From Longimicrobiales bacterium (GTDB lineage: Bacteria > Gemmatimonadota > Gemmatimonadetes > Longimicrobiales > Gaopeijiaceae): 64,000 nt of DNA. Each line of letters begins with the position of its first letter. Within the stretch, counting starts at the first letter, position 1. This document shows, piece by piece, positions 47,051 to 57,317 of the stretch. The stretch is from assembly GCA_963664435.2 (NCBI GenBank), contig CAXXKM010000001.1, forward strand, positions 544,001-608,000. Reading direction: 5' to 3'. The position numbers were made by a program, and so were the translations under genes. The notes beneath the pieces were generated by a model that was given only the letters and a program-made list of their open reading frames with translations, did no database searches and was not told where the DNA came from.

Positions 47051-48010
47051 ATGAACCGTCATCTCCGCGCACTGGCTCCCTGCCGAGCCTTCCCGGCCGC
47101 GCCGCTGCCGGCGTTGCTGCTGCCGTTGCTGCTGGCGCCGGCCATCCTTCCGGGCTCAACCGCCGTGCGGGCCCAGGAGCCCGCGACCCGGGTTGTGATT
47201 CTCGGGACCGGAACGCCCATCGCCGACCCGGATCGGTTCGGGCCGTCGGTCGCGGTGGTGGTTGGAGAGGAGTCCTACCTTGTGGACGCGGGTGCTGGCG
47301 TGGTCCGCAGGGCAGCAGCCGCGGCGCGGAACGGGATCCCCGCCCTGGCGGCGTCCAACCTGAAGCGGGTCTTCATCACGCATCTGCATACGGACCACAC
47401 GGTCGGGCTCCCGGACCTGATGTTCACCCCCTGGCAGAACGGCCGCGCGGCGCCCGTCGAGGTCTACGGGCCACCGGGCACGCTGCGCATGACCACGAAC
47501 ATCGAGGAGGCATGGGTGGAGGACATTCACATGCGCCTCTTCGGCCTGGAAGGCCGCAGCGCCCACAACTACCGCGCCGAGACCAGGGAGATCGAGGCGG
47601 GAACGGTCTACGACGACGGCACCGTGCGCGTGGACGCCATCCCCGTCGACCACACCACCTGGCCCATCGCCTTCGGCTACCGCTTCGTAACCCCGGATCG
47701 CACCATCGTCATCTCGGGGGACGCCCGTCCGAGTCCATCTCTGGTGGAAGCCTGCAACGGCTGCGACGTGCTCGTGCATGAGGTCTACTCGCGGGACTTC
47801 TTCGACCGGCACCGCAACCAGACCTACCACGCGGCGGCGCACACTTCGACCGCCGAAGTGGCCGCGCTGGCGATGGAGGCCCGCCCGGGGCTTCTGGTGC
47901 TCTACCATCAGCTCTACCGCTCCGCCACCGACGAGGACCTCATCCGCGAGGTGCGCGAGGCGGGGTACACCGGGCGCGTGGTGTCGGCCGCGGACCTGGA
48001 CGTGTACTGA
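47051..48010 (+). CDS. MBL-fold hydrolase (RNase Z/AtsA-like), exported
   Basis: Signal peptide; LGTGTP, THLHTDH, SGD, HE, HT, YH. Confidence 0.85.
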   Translation: MNRHLRALAPCRAFPAAPLPALLLPLLLAPAILPGSTAVRAQEPATRVVILGTGTPIADPDRFGPSVAVVVGEESYLVDAGAGVVRRAAAAARNGIPALAASNLKRVFITHLHTDHTVGLPDLMFTPWQNGRAAPVEVYGPPGTLRMTTNIEEAWVEDIHMRLFGLEGRSAHNYRAETREIEAGTVYDDGTVRVDAIPVDHTTWPIAFGYRFVTPDRTIVISGDARPSPSLVEACNGCDVLVHEVYSRDFFDRHRNQTYHAAAHTSTAEVAALAMEARPGLLVLYHQLYRSATDEDLIREVREAGYTGRVVSAADLDVY

Positions 48011-48189
48011 ACGCTCGATGAACGATCGCCTGCCCGTTAGAACGGGGTTCGCGCAAATGGCGGTCGCGGCGCGCCGGCGCGTGACGTGTTGCCCCGAATT
48101 CCCGCGCCGGAATAACTTGGGCGGGTGACTGGCCGCGCGCGCCGGGCATCCCGGAATCACGCAGTCATGGACCTCAACGGAGTTGGAGT

Positions 48190-48666
48190 ATGCTACGTGC
48201 GAGTGTGTTGCTGGCCCTCCTGATCATGGTGTCCGGTTGCGCCCGTTGGATTCCGGCCCGGGTCGGCGAAGTTCCGCTCGGCACGGATGTCCGCCTGCGG
48301 CTGTCGGAGGAGGGCGCCGCGCAGTTGGAGGAACTCACCGGGACGCGCCAATCCGAGGTCTCCGGGCAGCTGCTGCAGTGGGACGGCGAAGTGATGGTGT
48401 CGGCCGCCCTGCAGGGCGCCGGAGCCGGCGCGAACAGCAGCAGCCTGCGCCAGCGGTTCGTGGTGGACGAGGAGGACATCCTCGGGGTGGATGTCAGGGA
48501 ACTGGACCGCACAAGGACCGGGATCTTTGTCGGCAGCGTCGCCGTGGTGGCGGGTTCGGCGATCGTGTGGGTGGTGTCGCAGCTCACCGGCGGCGGCACC
48601 GCGGCCCCGACCGACCCCCCGAACCCCGGACCCAGCGAACCATTCGTGCGCATTCGCATTCCCTAG
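48190..48666 (+). CDS. Hypothetical lipoprotein (paralog 1)
   Basis: GGAG RBS; VSGC lipobox; hydrophobic C-terminal helix; clearly similar to the next gene. Confidence 0.8.
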   Translation: MLRASVLLALLIMVSGCARWIPARVGEVPLGTDVRLRLSEEGAAQLEELTGTRQSEVSGQLLQWDGEVMVSAALQGAGAGANSSSLRQRFVVDEEDILGVDVRELDRTRTGIFVGSVAVVAGSAIVWVVSQLTGGGTAAPTDPPNPGPSEPFVRIRIP

Positions 48667-48783
48667 CCGGAAACCCCGGGCGGGCGGCGAAGGAGGGTCG
48701 GGTGCCGGCCTGCCCCGTCGCGGGAGGTCTCAGCCGTCCGACACGCCGCCAAACACGTCCTTGACTTTCAACCGGAGGCGAAC

Positions 48784-49257
48784 ATGATGCGCACCGGTCT
48801 GGCCCTGATCCTTCTCCTGACCGTATCCGGCTGCGCCCGATGGGTGCCGGCCCAGCTGGGGACGGTCCCGCCCGGCACCGACGTCCGCCTCCGCCTCTCC
48901 GAGGACGGCGCCGAGCAGCTTGAGGAGATGACCGGCGCGGGTACCACCGAGGTCACGGGAGAACTGCTCCAGTGGGAGCCTGAGGTGCTTGTATCCACCG
49001 CGCTTGGACCCTCGGCCATGCGCCTCGACCCGGGCCTGCGCCAGCGCCTTGTCCTGGATCCGGACAACGTGGTCGCGATCGACGTGCGCGAGGTCGACCG
49101 TACCCGCACCGGGCTTCTGGTGGGTGGCGTGGTGGCGGTGGCGGGATCTGCGATCGCCTGGGCGTTGGTCAACATCATCCGGGGCAGCGAAGGAGCACCC
49201 ACCTCACCGACGACGGATGTCCCCCAGGAGCCCTTCGTACGGTTGCGCTTTCCCTAG
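48784..49257 (+). CDS. Hypothetical lipoprotein (paralog 2)
   Basis: GGAGG RBS; VSGCARW...GTDVRLRLSE...DRTRTG shared with paralog 1. Confidence 0.8.
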   Translation: MMRTGLALILLLTVSGCARWVPAQLGTVPPGTDVRLRLSEDGAEQLEEMTGAGTTEVTGELLQWEPEVLVSTALGPSAMRLDPGLRQRLVLDPDNVVAIDVREVDRTRTGLLVGGVVAVAGSAIAWALVNIIRGSEGAPTSPTTDVPQEPFVRLRFP

Positions 49258-49385
49258 CAGCCCGTGGACAAGCTCCGCCCGACATTCGAGCGGCGGCGCA
49301 TCCACGCTGGAACGCCGGGCTCTGCGTTGCTTCCCGGCCCAATCGCGCTGCTATTCGGAACCCGCCCTTCAGGATCCGCAGGTCT

Positions 49386-49431
49386 CCGGCGCACCCCGAA
49401 AGCGACCGTAGATCGTCTCGGGGTGCGCCGG
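49386..49431. terminator. 14-bp stem hairpin between convergent genes
   Basis: CCGGCGCACCCCGA-N18-TCGGGGTGCGCCGG just downstream of the SusD-like stop. Confidence 0.55.
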
Positions 49432-49449
49432 GTCGGCGATGTCAGCTAC

Positions 49450-50691
49450 TCAGCTGCCGCCCTGGTAATAGGGGTTGCCGGCGAGCTCCTCCGAGGACAC
49501 CGGCCAGCGCCGGTTCGTCCCCAACTGCTTGGTCACCTCGTCCCACTGCCACGGCTTGATGTCGTAGTAGCGGTGGTCCTGAAGGCGGCGGCCTTCGACC
49601 ATGAACTCGAGCCTGCGCTCGTGAATGAGCTGTTCGTAGACCTCGCCGGTGTCCATGCTCATGAACGGCGACAGATCCCAGGCGGCGCGCACCATGTTGA
49701 TCTGGTTGACCGCCTCCTGGTAGTTGCCCGACACCAGGTGGCCCTCCGCCAGGATCAGCCGCGCCTCCTGCCAGCGGCTGACCGGAAGGTCGGCATCCAG
49801 GCCCGGGTACTTGAAGAACCGGTGCACGTCGCCCGTATGGGGCGGCGGCGCGGCGAGCTCGGGCGGGCCGACGCGCGTCCCGATGCGCGGATCCACCATG
49901 CCGGTCACCGGATCCTCGATGGCCACGTTGCGCGGATCGATGATGACGCCCGTGATCGACTGGTGGTACGTGTTGAGGCTGTTCAGCGAGCCCGGCTGCT
50001 GGTAGCGGCACGCGAAATAGAAATCGGGCTTTACCGCGAGCGCCGCCTCGGCGGCCGTCATGGCGGCCGTCATCTGGCCCATGTCCCTGCCGCGCTCGAA
50101 GTAGAGCGCCCGATGGACCCGGGCCTTGGTCGCAAGCGCCGCCGCCCGCAAGTCCGGGTTGCTCGCCTGGGCCACCTGGTCGAGCGTGGACAGCGTCTGT
50201 TCCAGCACGACATCCGGCGCCACCGGCGGCTCGCCGTTGAAGGGCACCTCTTTGAAGTGATCGGCGAGACCGATGCGCGCGAAGGCCTCCCAGAAGATGC
50301 CGCGCACGATGGTCGTGTCGGCGGGGTTCGACGCCTGCAACCTCCTCACTGCCTCCTCCGCGATCCAGCGGGCGGAAGACAGAGAGTTCCAGGCCCCGTT
50401 CTGGACCGTGTTGAACCCCTCCATGTGGCCCCACATGTGGAGCTCGGTGAAGGTGAAACTCGAAATGAATGTTACGTCGTCGGACTGGAGGGCGTTGGCC
50501 GCGACCATGCCGTCCCAGGCGTCGCAGACCACGCCCTCGGGCGTCGCGGCCAGAGCGGGAACCAGATCCGGCTCTTCCAGATCCGCGATCGTGAGGCTTC
50601 CCGGGTTGTCGACGGTGAACAGGTCACCGCATCCCGCTGCAATCAACACGGTGAACGAAAGTACGCCCAATCTCAATATGTGCATTCGCAT
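49450..50691 (-). CDS. RagB/SusD-like outer-membrane lipoprotein
   Basis: AAGC lipobox, VDNPG, EARLILAE, INMVR, HERRLEFMVEGRRLQD; follows susC. Confidence 0.88.
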   Translation of the reverse strand: MRMHILRLGVLSFTVLIAAGCGDLFTVDNPGSLTIADLEEPDLVPALAATPEGVVCDAWDGMVAANALQSDDVTFISSFTFTELHMWGHMEGFNTVQNGAWNSLSSARWIAEEAVRRLQASNPADTTIVRGIFWEAFARIGLADHFKEVPFNGEPPVAPDVVLEQTLSTLDQVAQASNPDLRAAALATKARVHRALYFERGRDMGQMTAAMTAAEAALAVKPDFYFACRYQQPGSLNSLNTYHQSITGVIIDPRNVAIEDPVTGMVDPRIGTRVGPPELAAPPPHTGDVHRFFKYPGLDADLPVSRWQEARLILAEGHLVSGNYQEAVNQINMVRAAWDLSPFMSMDTGEVYEQLIHERRLEFMVEGRRLQDHRYYDIKPWQWDEVTKQLGTNRRWPVSSEELAGNPYYQGGS

Positions 50692-50768
50692 GGTTATAAC
50701 TCCCCTTTAGTCAGAGATCCGCTCATCGCCAGTGGCGATCGATCCGATACCCGTCGCACACTCGCATC

Positions 50769-53700
50769 CTAGAACGTCGCCTGGAAACGAATGCCATAGC
50801 GTCTGGGGCTCGGCGGCTGACCGTAGTCCGAGTTCATGCCGAATGCGTTGTAGGGTCCACCGGACCGGGCATCGGGGATTCCGTGGTAGGGCGTCAGGGG
50901 ATCGGACATGCAGACATCCGCGGGGCACTTGTTCCAGAGGAACAGGTTGTTCGCCGACAATCTGACCACCAGGGAACTCATGCCCGCCAGCGAGGTCAGG
51001 AATCTCTCCGGAACGTTGTAGTTGACGGAGAGGTCCGCGAACCGAAGGAAGTCGGCCCTGAAGAGGTAGCTGGAAATCATCGAAGGATGCTGGTTGCCGA
51101 AGTCCTCCGCGACCCGCTGGCGCTCCTCCACCGAGGTGTTCGGGTCGTCCAGGATGGCTTCGAACTCGGCCACTCGGGGTGAATTCCGGGTAAAGGCGTC
51201 CTGAATGACCGACACCTCCGAGAACATGTGATAGTCGTACGCCCCGCTGAAGGTGGCGTTGACGCTCACGCCCCCTGGGAGGTCGAGCGAGGTGAGGAAG
51301 CTCCCGGTCCAGAGCGGGATGGGACGCCCCACGTACTCCAGCGAATCGCCGCCCGCTGCATTCTTGAGCTTGTTGGGCGTGATCTGGTTGAGCCTCGTGA
51401 GCTGCGCGATGGGCACCGCCACGGTGTAGGGGTTGCTGGGGTCGGGCACCGGAGCGATCCACGCGCCGGGCGTGTACCCCTCCTTCATGGTGGGATAGTA
51501 CCGGCCGGCGCTGGTACCGCCCTGGATGTGCACGCGGTAGGGGGGCACGCCGCCCATGTCGAGGATCTCGGAGTCATTCAGGGCGACCTGGAAGGTGGTC
51601 GACCATCTCAGGCTGGGACGGCGGACCCAGGTAACGTCCAGCGAAGACTCGAACCCCTGGTTGCGAATCTGGCCGACGTTGGAAACAACCGGCTGGAGGA
51701 AACCGGTGGAGGCCGCGGATGGCACGGGCAGAAGCGCGTCGCTGGTGGTCGCGTTGTAGTACACCAGGTCCAGCCCGACGCGACCGTCGAGGAAGCCGAA
51801 CTCCGTCCCGAACTCCCATTCCAGGGTGCGCTCGGGCTTCAGATCCGCGTTTCCGGGGTTGCCGGTTCTCACGATGGAGAGGTTGTTCACGGCGATGCCG
51901 GGCAGCCACGTCTGGGTGGCGTCGAACGCGCCGGGCTGCAGTCCCGCCGCGCCGAGCGCCGCCCGCACCCGGAACTGGTCCCAGCTCTGGAACGGCCAGA
52001 AGTCATGCTCCGACACAACCCAGGAGGCACCGCCCTTGGGGTACACCTGGAAGGCGAAGTTCTCACCGAAGGCCGAGTTGCCGTCCACGCGCATACCGGC
52101 GTTCAGGAAGAAGCGGTTCCAAAGCCCGACCTCCTCCTGGGCGTACACCCCGGCGTTGATGACCTCCTGGAAGGTCTCGTTCGGCGGCAGGAGCTGCGAT
52201 CCGGCCGGCAGCGTTGAGAGCTGGCGCAACGGGAAGTCCCGAACCCCGAGTGTCCTGAACCACTCCTCCTCCCAGAAGCTCTGGCCACCGACCAGCAGGG
52301 TGGAGGTCAGGTTCTCGTTGAAGTCGCGCGTCCACGAAGTCTTGAAGTCAAGCGTGGTGGCGGTGCGCTCGGAAGTGCGCACCAGGCGCTCGCCCTGTTC
52401 GTGATAGATGTTGAGGCCCTTGGCAACGTGCTCGATGTACTCCTCGGTCATCCGGTCCCGGCCCATGATGAGCTCCGAGCGGATGCCGTGGCCCCAGTCG
52501 TAGTTCAAGGCGCCGCTGAGCGTCACTCGCTGCTCGTCCTGGTTCGACGTCACGCTCGCGATCGGCTCGCTGTCCAGCGGCAGGAAGTGCTCGCTCGCGG
52601 AGAGCGGTCCGCTGTACCCGTGCGGCGGCGGCCACGCGATCTCGTAGGCGTTGACGCCGTAGCGCCCGCCGTAGGGGAAGCGCGGCGCCGGATTCCTGGG
52701 CGTCGCCAGGAAGAAGCCCCACAGGTATCCGCTCCCCCAGTTGAGCCCGTTCTGCCCGGGCTGGCGCCGGTCGCTGAACACGGTGTTCATGTCCACGCGA
52801 ATGCCCAGCCTCTCCGTGGCCTGCACCGTGAGGTTGGCGCGCAGGTTGGCGTCCAGGGTTCCCTGGAAGTCGCGGTATTCGCGGCCCATCTGCCCCACCT
52901 CGTCGCGGAGACGGCCGGAGGCATAATACTGTACCGTCGAGGTCCCGCCCCGCACGTCCGCGTTGAAGTCCATGACCGAGCCCCAGCCGCCGAGGTAGTC
53001 GAGGACGGGCTTGCCCAGTGTCTGCAACTGCTTGGTGTCGAAGTTGTAGCCCCACACTCCCTTCAGGCGGTCTTCGGGGATTCTCGTGCCGTCGAAGCCG
53101 GTCCCGAACGTCCACACCGGATCGCCGGCGCTTCCGCGCTTGGTGATGATCTGGATCACCCCGCTCGAGGCCTCGGTGCCGTACAGGGTCGCGGCCGCCG
53201 CGCCCTTGATGATCTCGATGCGCTCGATGTCGTTGGGGTTCAGCCGGTCGAGCGATGTCGCCTGCCGGGCGCCACCCACCTTGCTGTAGTTGGAGTCGAT
53301 GCGCACCCCGTCGACGTAGATGAGCGGGGCGCTCCGCTGCGTGAGGCTGACGGCCCCGCGCAGGAGAATCTGGCTCGAGGTCCCCACGTTGGGGGCGATC
53401 CCGGGCACCATCCCGGCGACACGCCCGGAGAGGGCCTCGGTGATGTTGGATATCGGCGCTGTGTTGATCGCTTCGGCCCCGAGCGTTTCGACCGTCGCGC
53501 CCAGCCGCCGCCGTTCGGTAACGACTCCGGTACCGGTGACGATCACCTCGTCCAGCGCGATCGCCTCCGATTCCAGCTGGACATCCACGTTCACGGTTTC
53601 CTCCGCCACCACAGTGACGTCCAGGGTCTGGGTCCCGTATCCGATGTAGCGGACCTCCAGAACGTGGCTGCCGACGGGAATGCCGAGCAGCACGAAACGG

Positions 53701-53894
53701 CCGTTGGCGTTGGTGACGTTGCCGACACCCTCTTCGGCGATGCTCACCTGCGCGCCCGCCAGCGGCAGCCCGGTGCCCACCTCCTGGACCGAGCCCGTGA
53801 TGGTGCCCGTCTGGGCGGACGCGGGAGCGGCCGCGACCATGGCCATGGCGCATATCGCGCCGGTAAAGGTGACGACCTGACGAAGGACTTTCAT
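50769..53894 (-). CDS. SusC/RagA-like TonB-dependent transporter
   Basis: Signal peptide; N-terminal carboxypeptidase-regulatory-like domain; LDEVIVTG; PLIYVDGV; DIERIEIIKGAAAATLYGTEASSGVIQIITKRG; NADLKPE; terminal F. Confidence 0.93.
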   Translation of the reverse strand: MKVLRQVVTFTGAICAMAMVAAAPASAQTGTITGSVQEVGTGLPLAGAQVSIAEEGVGNVTNANGRFVLLGIPVGSHVLEVRYIGYGTQTLDVTVVAEETVNVDVQLESEAIALDEVIVTGTGVVTERRRLGATVETLGAEAINTAPISNITEALSGRVAGMVPGIAPNVGTSSQILLRGAVSLTQRSAPLIYVDGVRIDSNYSKVGGARQATSLDRLNPNDIERIEIIKGAAAATLYGTEASSGVIQIITKRGSAGDPVWTFGTGFDGTRIPEDRLKGVWGYNFDTKQLQTLGKPVLDYLGGWGSVMDFNADVRGGTSTVQYYASGRLRDEVGQMGREYRDFQGTLDANLRANLTVQATERLGIRVDMNTVFSDRRQPGQNGLNWGSGYLWGFFLATPRNPAPRFPYGGRYGVNAYEIAWPPPHGYSGPLSASEHFLPLDSEPIASVTSNQDEQRVTLSGALNYDWGHGIRSELIMGRDRMTEEYIEHVAKGLNIYHEQGERLVRTSERTATTLDFKTSWTRDFNENLTSTLLVGGQSFWEEEWFRTLGVRDFPLRQLSTLPAGSQLLPPNETFQEVINAGVYAQEEVGLWNRFFLNAGMRVDGNSAFGENFAFQVYPKGGASWVVSEHDFWPFQSWDQFRVRAALGAAGLQPGAFDATQTWLPGIAVNNLSIVRTGNPGNADLKPERTLEWEFGTEFGFLDGRVGLDLVYYNATTSDALLPVPSAASTGFLQPVVSNVGQIRNQGFESSLDVTWVRRPSLRWSTTFQVALNDSEILDMGGVPPYRVHIQGGTSAGRYYPTMKEGYTPGAWIAPVPDPSNPYTVAVPIAQLTRLNQITPNKLKNAAGGDSLEYVGRPIPLWTGSFLTSLDLPGGVSVNATFSGAYDYHMFSEVSVIQDAFTRNSPRVAEFEAILDDPNTSVEERQRVAEDFGNQHPSMISSYLFRADFLRFADLSVNYNVPERFLTSLAGMSSLVVRLSANNLFLWNKCPADVCMSDPLTPYHGIPDARSGGPYNAFGMNSDYGQPPSPRRYGIRFQATF

Positions 53895-54000
53895 GCTTCC
53901 ACCTCCTGCTTGGGGAACGGCACCGATCCTGCTTACGGGAATCCTCCCTGGATTCGCCGGGTCTGCGGGGCAGCAGGCGCGCAGCCTGCGACCGCGCGAA

Positions 54001-55806
54001 CTAACACATGGCGCAGTTGTCGTTGTTGATGGCACCCAGCCGCTCCAGCAGAGCGATGGTCGCCGGGAACGGGCGAACGTTGTAGCTCGGACTGTTGGCC
54101 ATGTCAACGGTGGTCTGGCCGAGCCGCGTCACCGCATGTACGTCGGCGCCGCGCTCGATCAGATACATAATGACCTCGTTGTCCCCTCGCGACGCGGCGT
54201 TGTGCAGCGGCGTGCGGGCATCCAGGTCCCGGGCGTTGACGTCGGCGCCCAGCTCCTCGACGAGGTACCTGACCGCCGGGAGCCATCCGCGCGGCACATA
54301 CCGGTGTTCGTTTGCGGCACGCTGGTCGTATCCGACGCCGGTGGCCGCGTGGATGGCGTACATGGCCGCGCCTCCCGCCGGGACGGGCGGTATGCCGCTC
54401 TGGTCCACGGCGGCCGAGTAGTCCGCAGCCACAGGCGCAACGCCGGCGTCCGGCGGCTTTCGGCTGGGGATGTCCGGGTCCGCCCCGTAGGCGACCAGCA
54501 GCTTCATCGCGGCGACGTCGACGCCGAGCGCGGCGCGGAAGAAGGGCGTCGTCCCCTCCAGGTTGGCGCTGACGAGACGCTGATGCGCCCACCAGAGGTC
54601 CCTGGCGAGCCGCGCGTCGGGATCCGCGCCCGCCCGCAGCAGCGCCTCCATCACGTGGAGGTAGTCGGCCTTCTGTGCCTCGTGCGCGCGCGGCTGGGGA
54701 TAGAAGGACGTGCCGGCCCATTGCACGTTGATCACGGCATAGAGCGGCGTCGCCCCGGGATCGCTGGCAACGTTGGGGTCGGCCCCCCGGTCGAGGAGAT
54801 GCAGCCCCAGATCGAAACGCCCGTTCAACATGGCGATCAGCAGCGGGCTGGTCCCGTCCCCGCTGGTCTGGTCGATGTCCGCGCCCCCGTCCAGAAGCGC
54901 GTCCATTGCCTCCAGGTGCCCGGCGCGGGCCGCGTGGAGAAGCGGGGTGAGCCCGCCCCACCTTCCGACCAGGGCCGGCTGGCCCGGAGGGGGATTGGTG
55001 GATATCGGCGAGATTCCCTGCACTTCGCCGTCCAGGATCAGCACCTCGCCCCTGCGCTGCACTTCGCGCGCGGCCTCGATGGCCACCGCCACCTGGCCGG
55101 GCGTCGGAGGTTCTCCCTCGTCGACCGGCCCCCAGGGGTCCTCCCGCGGGTCGTTCTCCAGCCAGTCCGGGCGGAACTGCGCCAGCACCTCGTACAACCG
55201 GTGCTGGGCGGCGATGTCCACCGTCGCCCGCCGATCCACATCCTCGATCACGGATTCGGCCAGCGAGACATCCGCTCCCAGGTCGAGCAGCGTGCGGATG
55301 GCCTGGGCGCGGTTGCGGGCGGCCGCGAAGATCAACGGCGTCTGCTTCCATTCCCGCTCGCGAGCGTTCAGGTCGGCGCCGGCATCGGCCAGAACCCGGA
55401 TGGCCTCCGAACTGCCTGACTCGGCCGCCAGGTGCAGCGGGGTCACGCCGCTGTTGGTGGTCTTCGCGTGCACCTCGGCACCCGCCGCGAGCAGCGCCTC
55501 CACGACCCCGGCCCCTCCTGCCCGGCTCGCGAGGTGGAGGGGCGTGTAGCGTCCGATGCGGGTGCCCGCCTCCAGGTTCGCGCCCGCGGTGATCAGCAGC
55601 CCCGCCATCTCCGCGTCAGCGTGACGCGCCGCCCAGTGAAGCGCGGTCATGCCGTCGCCCTGGGCCTCGTTGGCGTCGGCCCCCTGCTCCAGCAGGGCGC
55701 GCACCGCCTCGAGATCCCCGCGCATGGCCGCATCGGCTACCGGGCCGTCTGCCGCCGGACCGGCCAGCAGCAGAGCGATGATCGCGAAGGCGGTCGTCGG
55801 ATTCAC
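54001..55806 (-). CDS. Exported ankyrin-repeat protein
   Basis: Signal-like N-terminus; many G.TPLH.AA repeats; C-terminal CAMC. Confidence 0.9.
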   Translation of the reverse strand: MNPTTAFAIIALLLAGPAADGPVADAAMRGDLEAVRALLEQGADANEAQGDGMTALHWAARHADAEMAGLLITAGANLEAGTRIGRYTPLHLASRAGGAGVVEALLAAGAEVHAKTTNSGVTPLHLAAESGSSEAIRVLADAGADLNAREREWKQTPLIFAAARNRAQAIRTLLDLGADVSLAESVIEDVDRRATVDIAAQHRLYEVLAQFRPDWLENDPREDPWGPVDEGEPPTPGQVAVAIEAAREVQRRGEVLILDGEVQGISPISTNPPPGQPALVGRWGGLTPLLHAARAGHLEAMDALLDGGADIDQTSGDGTSPLLIAMLNGRFDLGLHLLDRGADPNVASDPGATPLYAVINVQWAGTSFYPQPRAHEAQKADYLHVMEALLRAGADPDARLARDLWWAHQRLVSANLEGTTPFFRAALGVDVAAMKLLVAYGADPDIPSRKPPDAGVAPVAADYSAAVDQSGIPPVPAGGAAMYAIHAATGVGYDQRAANEHRYVPRGWLPAVRYLVEELGADVNARDLDARTPLHNAASRGDNEVIMYLIERGADVHAVTRLGQTTVDMANSPSYNVRPFPATIALLERLGAINNDNCAMC

Positions 55807-55816
55807 CGGCGGACCC

Positions 55817-57259
55817 CTATCGGCTCGACGACTGCGCCGCGGCCACGGCGCCACCGGGATAACCCAGAGCGAACTCGCCCGTGCTGTCGCCGAAGCTGTC
55901 CATGTCGTCGTGCCCCAGCCGGTGCAGCAGACTCAGGAAAACGTTCGCCATGGGAGTCCCGTCGGGGGCCTTCAGGTGAACGTTGCCTTCGAGTAGCCCG
56001 TTTCCGTGGCCCAGCAGGATGAGCGGGCAGCGCCGGTGGTTGTGGACGTTGCCGTCCGCCATCGGCGAACCCCACACGATCACCGACTTGTCCAGCAGGC
56101 TGGCGTCTCCCTCCATGCTCGCCTGGAGCTTCTCCAGGAAGTACGGCAGCGGGCTCATGCGGTACTGGGCGATCTGGTTGAAGTCGAGGATGGATTCTTC
56201 GCTGTTGCCGTGGTGCGAGGCCGGATGGAACGGCGTGGTGGTGCCGCTCTCCGGATGGATCCGGTTCGAGGCGTCGCGCCCCATCTTGAAGGACACCACC
56301 CGCGTCATGTCGGTCTGGAATGCCAGAACCTGCAGGTCGAACATCAGCTCCATGTGCTCGGCGTAGGAATCGGGCACGCCGGCGGGGGCTTCCGGCAGCT
56401 CGCGCTGCTCGCCGCTCGAGTTGAACTCCTCCACCTTCTGAATCCGCCGCTCGACCTCGCGCACGTTCTCGAGGTACCGGTCCAGCCGGTTGCGGTCCTC
56501 GGTCCCCACCCGGGCCCTGAGCGTCGCCACCTCATCCACGATCCAGTCGAGGATGCTCTGGTTGGTGCGCCTGCGCACCGCCCGCTCTTCGTTGCTTCCG
56601 CCGGCGCCGAAGAGGAGGTCGAACGCCGCGCGCGGGTCGCGGATCATCGGCAGCGGCTCGGTCGGCGACGCCCAGCTGATCGCATCCGTGTACGCGCAGT
56701 GGTAGTTGTACCAGCATCCTCCGCCCTGCCCCAGGTTCTCGATGCAGAGCTGCAGCGACGGCAGCGCCGTGTCCTGCCCGAAACGGCGCGCCTGCAGCTG
56801 GTCGAGGGATACGCCCACATAGATGTCCGAGCCCTGCGTCTGCTTGGGATGGCATTGGGTCAGGAACACCGCCGTCGAGCGAAAGTGATCGCCGCCGATC
56901 TCGTTGGGTTCGTAGGCCTCCGCCATGCGAACATCGGTGTTGCTGACGATCGTGAGGTGGTCCTGGAAGCGTTCGAGCGGTTTGAGCACGTTCGCATCGG
57001 TCATGCGAAAGTTTCGCCCGGTCGTCTCGGGCGCGAACAGGTGCTGGCTCGCGCCCCATTCGCTGCAGCCCGGCACCCCGTGCACCTCTTCGATGCACAC
57101 CAGGCGGGTGCGGTCCTCGAGAGCGGCCGAGGCGCGCCCCCAGCGCCCCGGTCCGGCCGGGATCATGGCGTCCAGGAGGGGAAGCGCCACCGTGGCCCCC
57201 ATCCCGCGAACGAAGGTGCGGCGGGGAATGTGCGCGCCCGTGATGAAGCTGGTCGTCAT
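55817..57259 (-). CDS. DUF1552-family protein with Tat signal
   Basis: PRRTFVRGMGATVALPLLDAM leader; SLDQ, SLQL, AISW, DPRAAFDLLFG, LAFQTDMTRV, HPASHH. Confidence 0.85.
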   Translation of the reverse strand: MTTSFITGAHIPRRTFVRGMGATVALPLLDAMIPAGPGRWGRASAALEDRTRLVCIEEVHGVPGCSEWGASQHLFAPETTGRNFRMTDANVLKPLERFQDHLTIVSNTDVRMAEAYEPNEIGGDHFRSTAVFLTQCHPKQTQGSDIYVGVSLDQLQARRFGQDTALPSLQLCIENLGQGGGCWYNYHCAYTDAISWASPTEPLPMIRDPRAAFDLLFGAGGSNEERAVRRRTNQSILDWIVDEVATLRARVGTEDRNRLDRYLENVREVERRIQKVEEFNSSGEQRELPEAPAGVPDSYAEHMELMFDLQVLAFQTDMTRVVSFKMGRDASNRIHPESGTTTPFHPASHHGNSEESILDFNQIAQYRMSPLPYFLEKLQASMEGDASLLDKSVIVWGSPMADGNVHNHRRCPLILLGHGNGLLEGNVHLKAPDGTPMANVFLSLLHRLGHDDMDSFGDSTGEFALGYPGGAVAAAQSSSR

Positions 57260-57317
57260 CGTCGTGCTCCCTCTATTGTTGCGCCCCGGGCACAGGCCCC
57301 GAAGCATGTGTCCTCTG

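Noticed and set aside
54001..55806. Ankyrin protein as a host-directed eukaryote-like effector
   Set aside because: Tight linkage to the DUF1552/DUF1592 genes points to a role in that periplasmic module; no secretion system is visible in the window.
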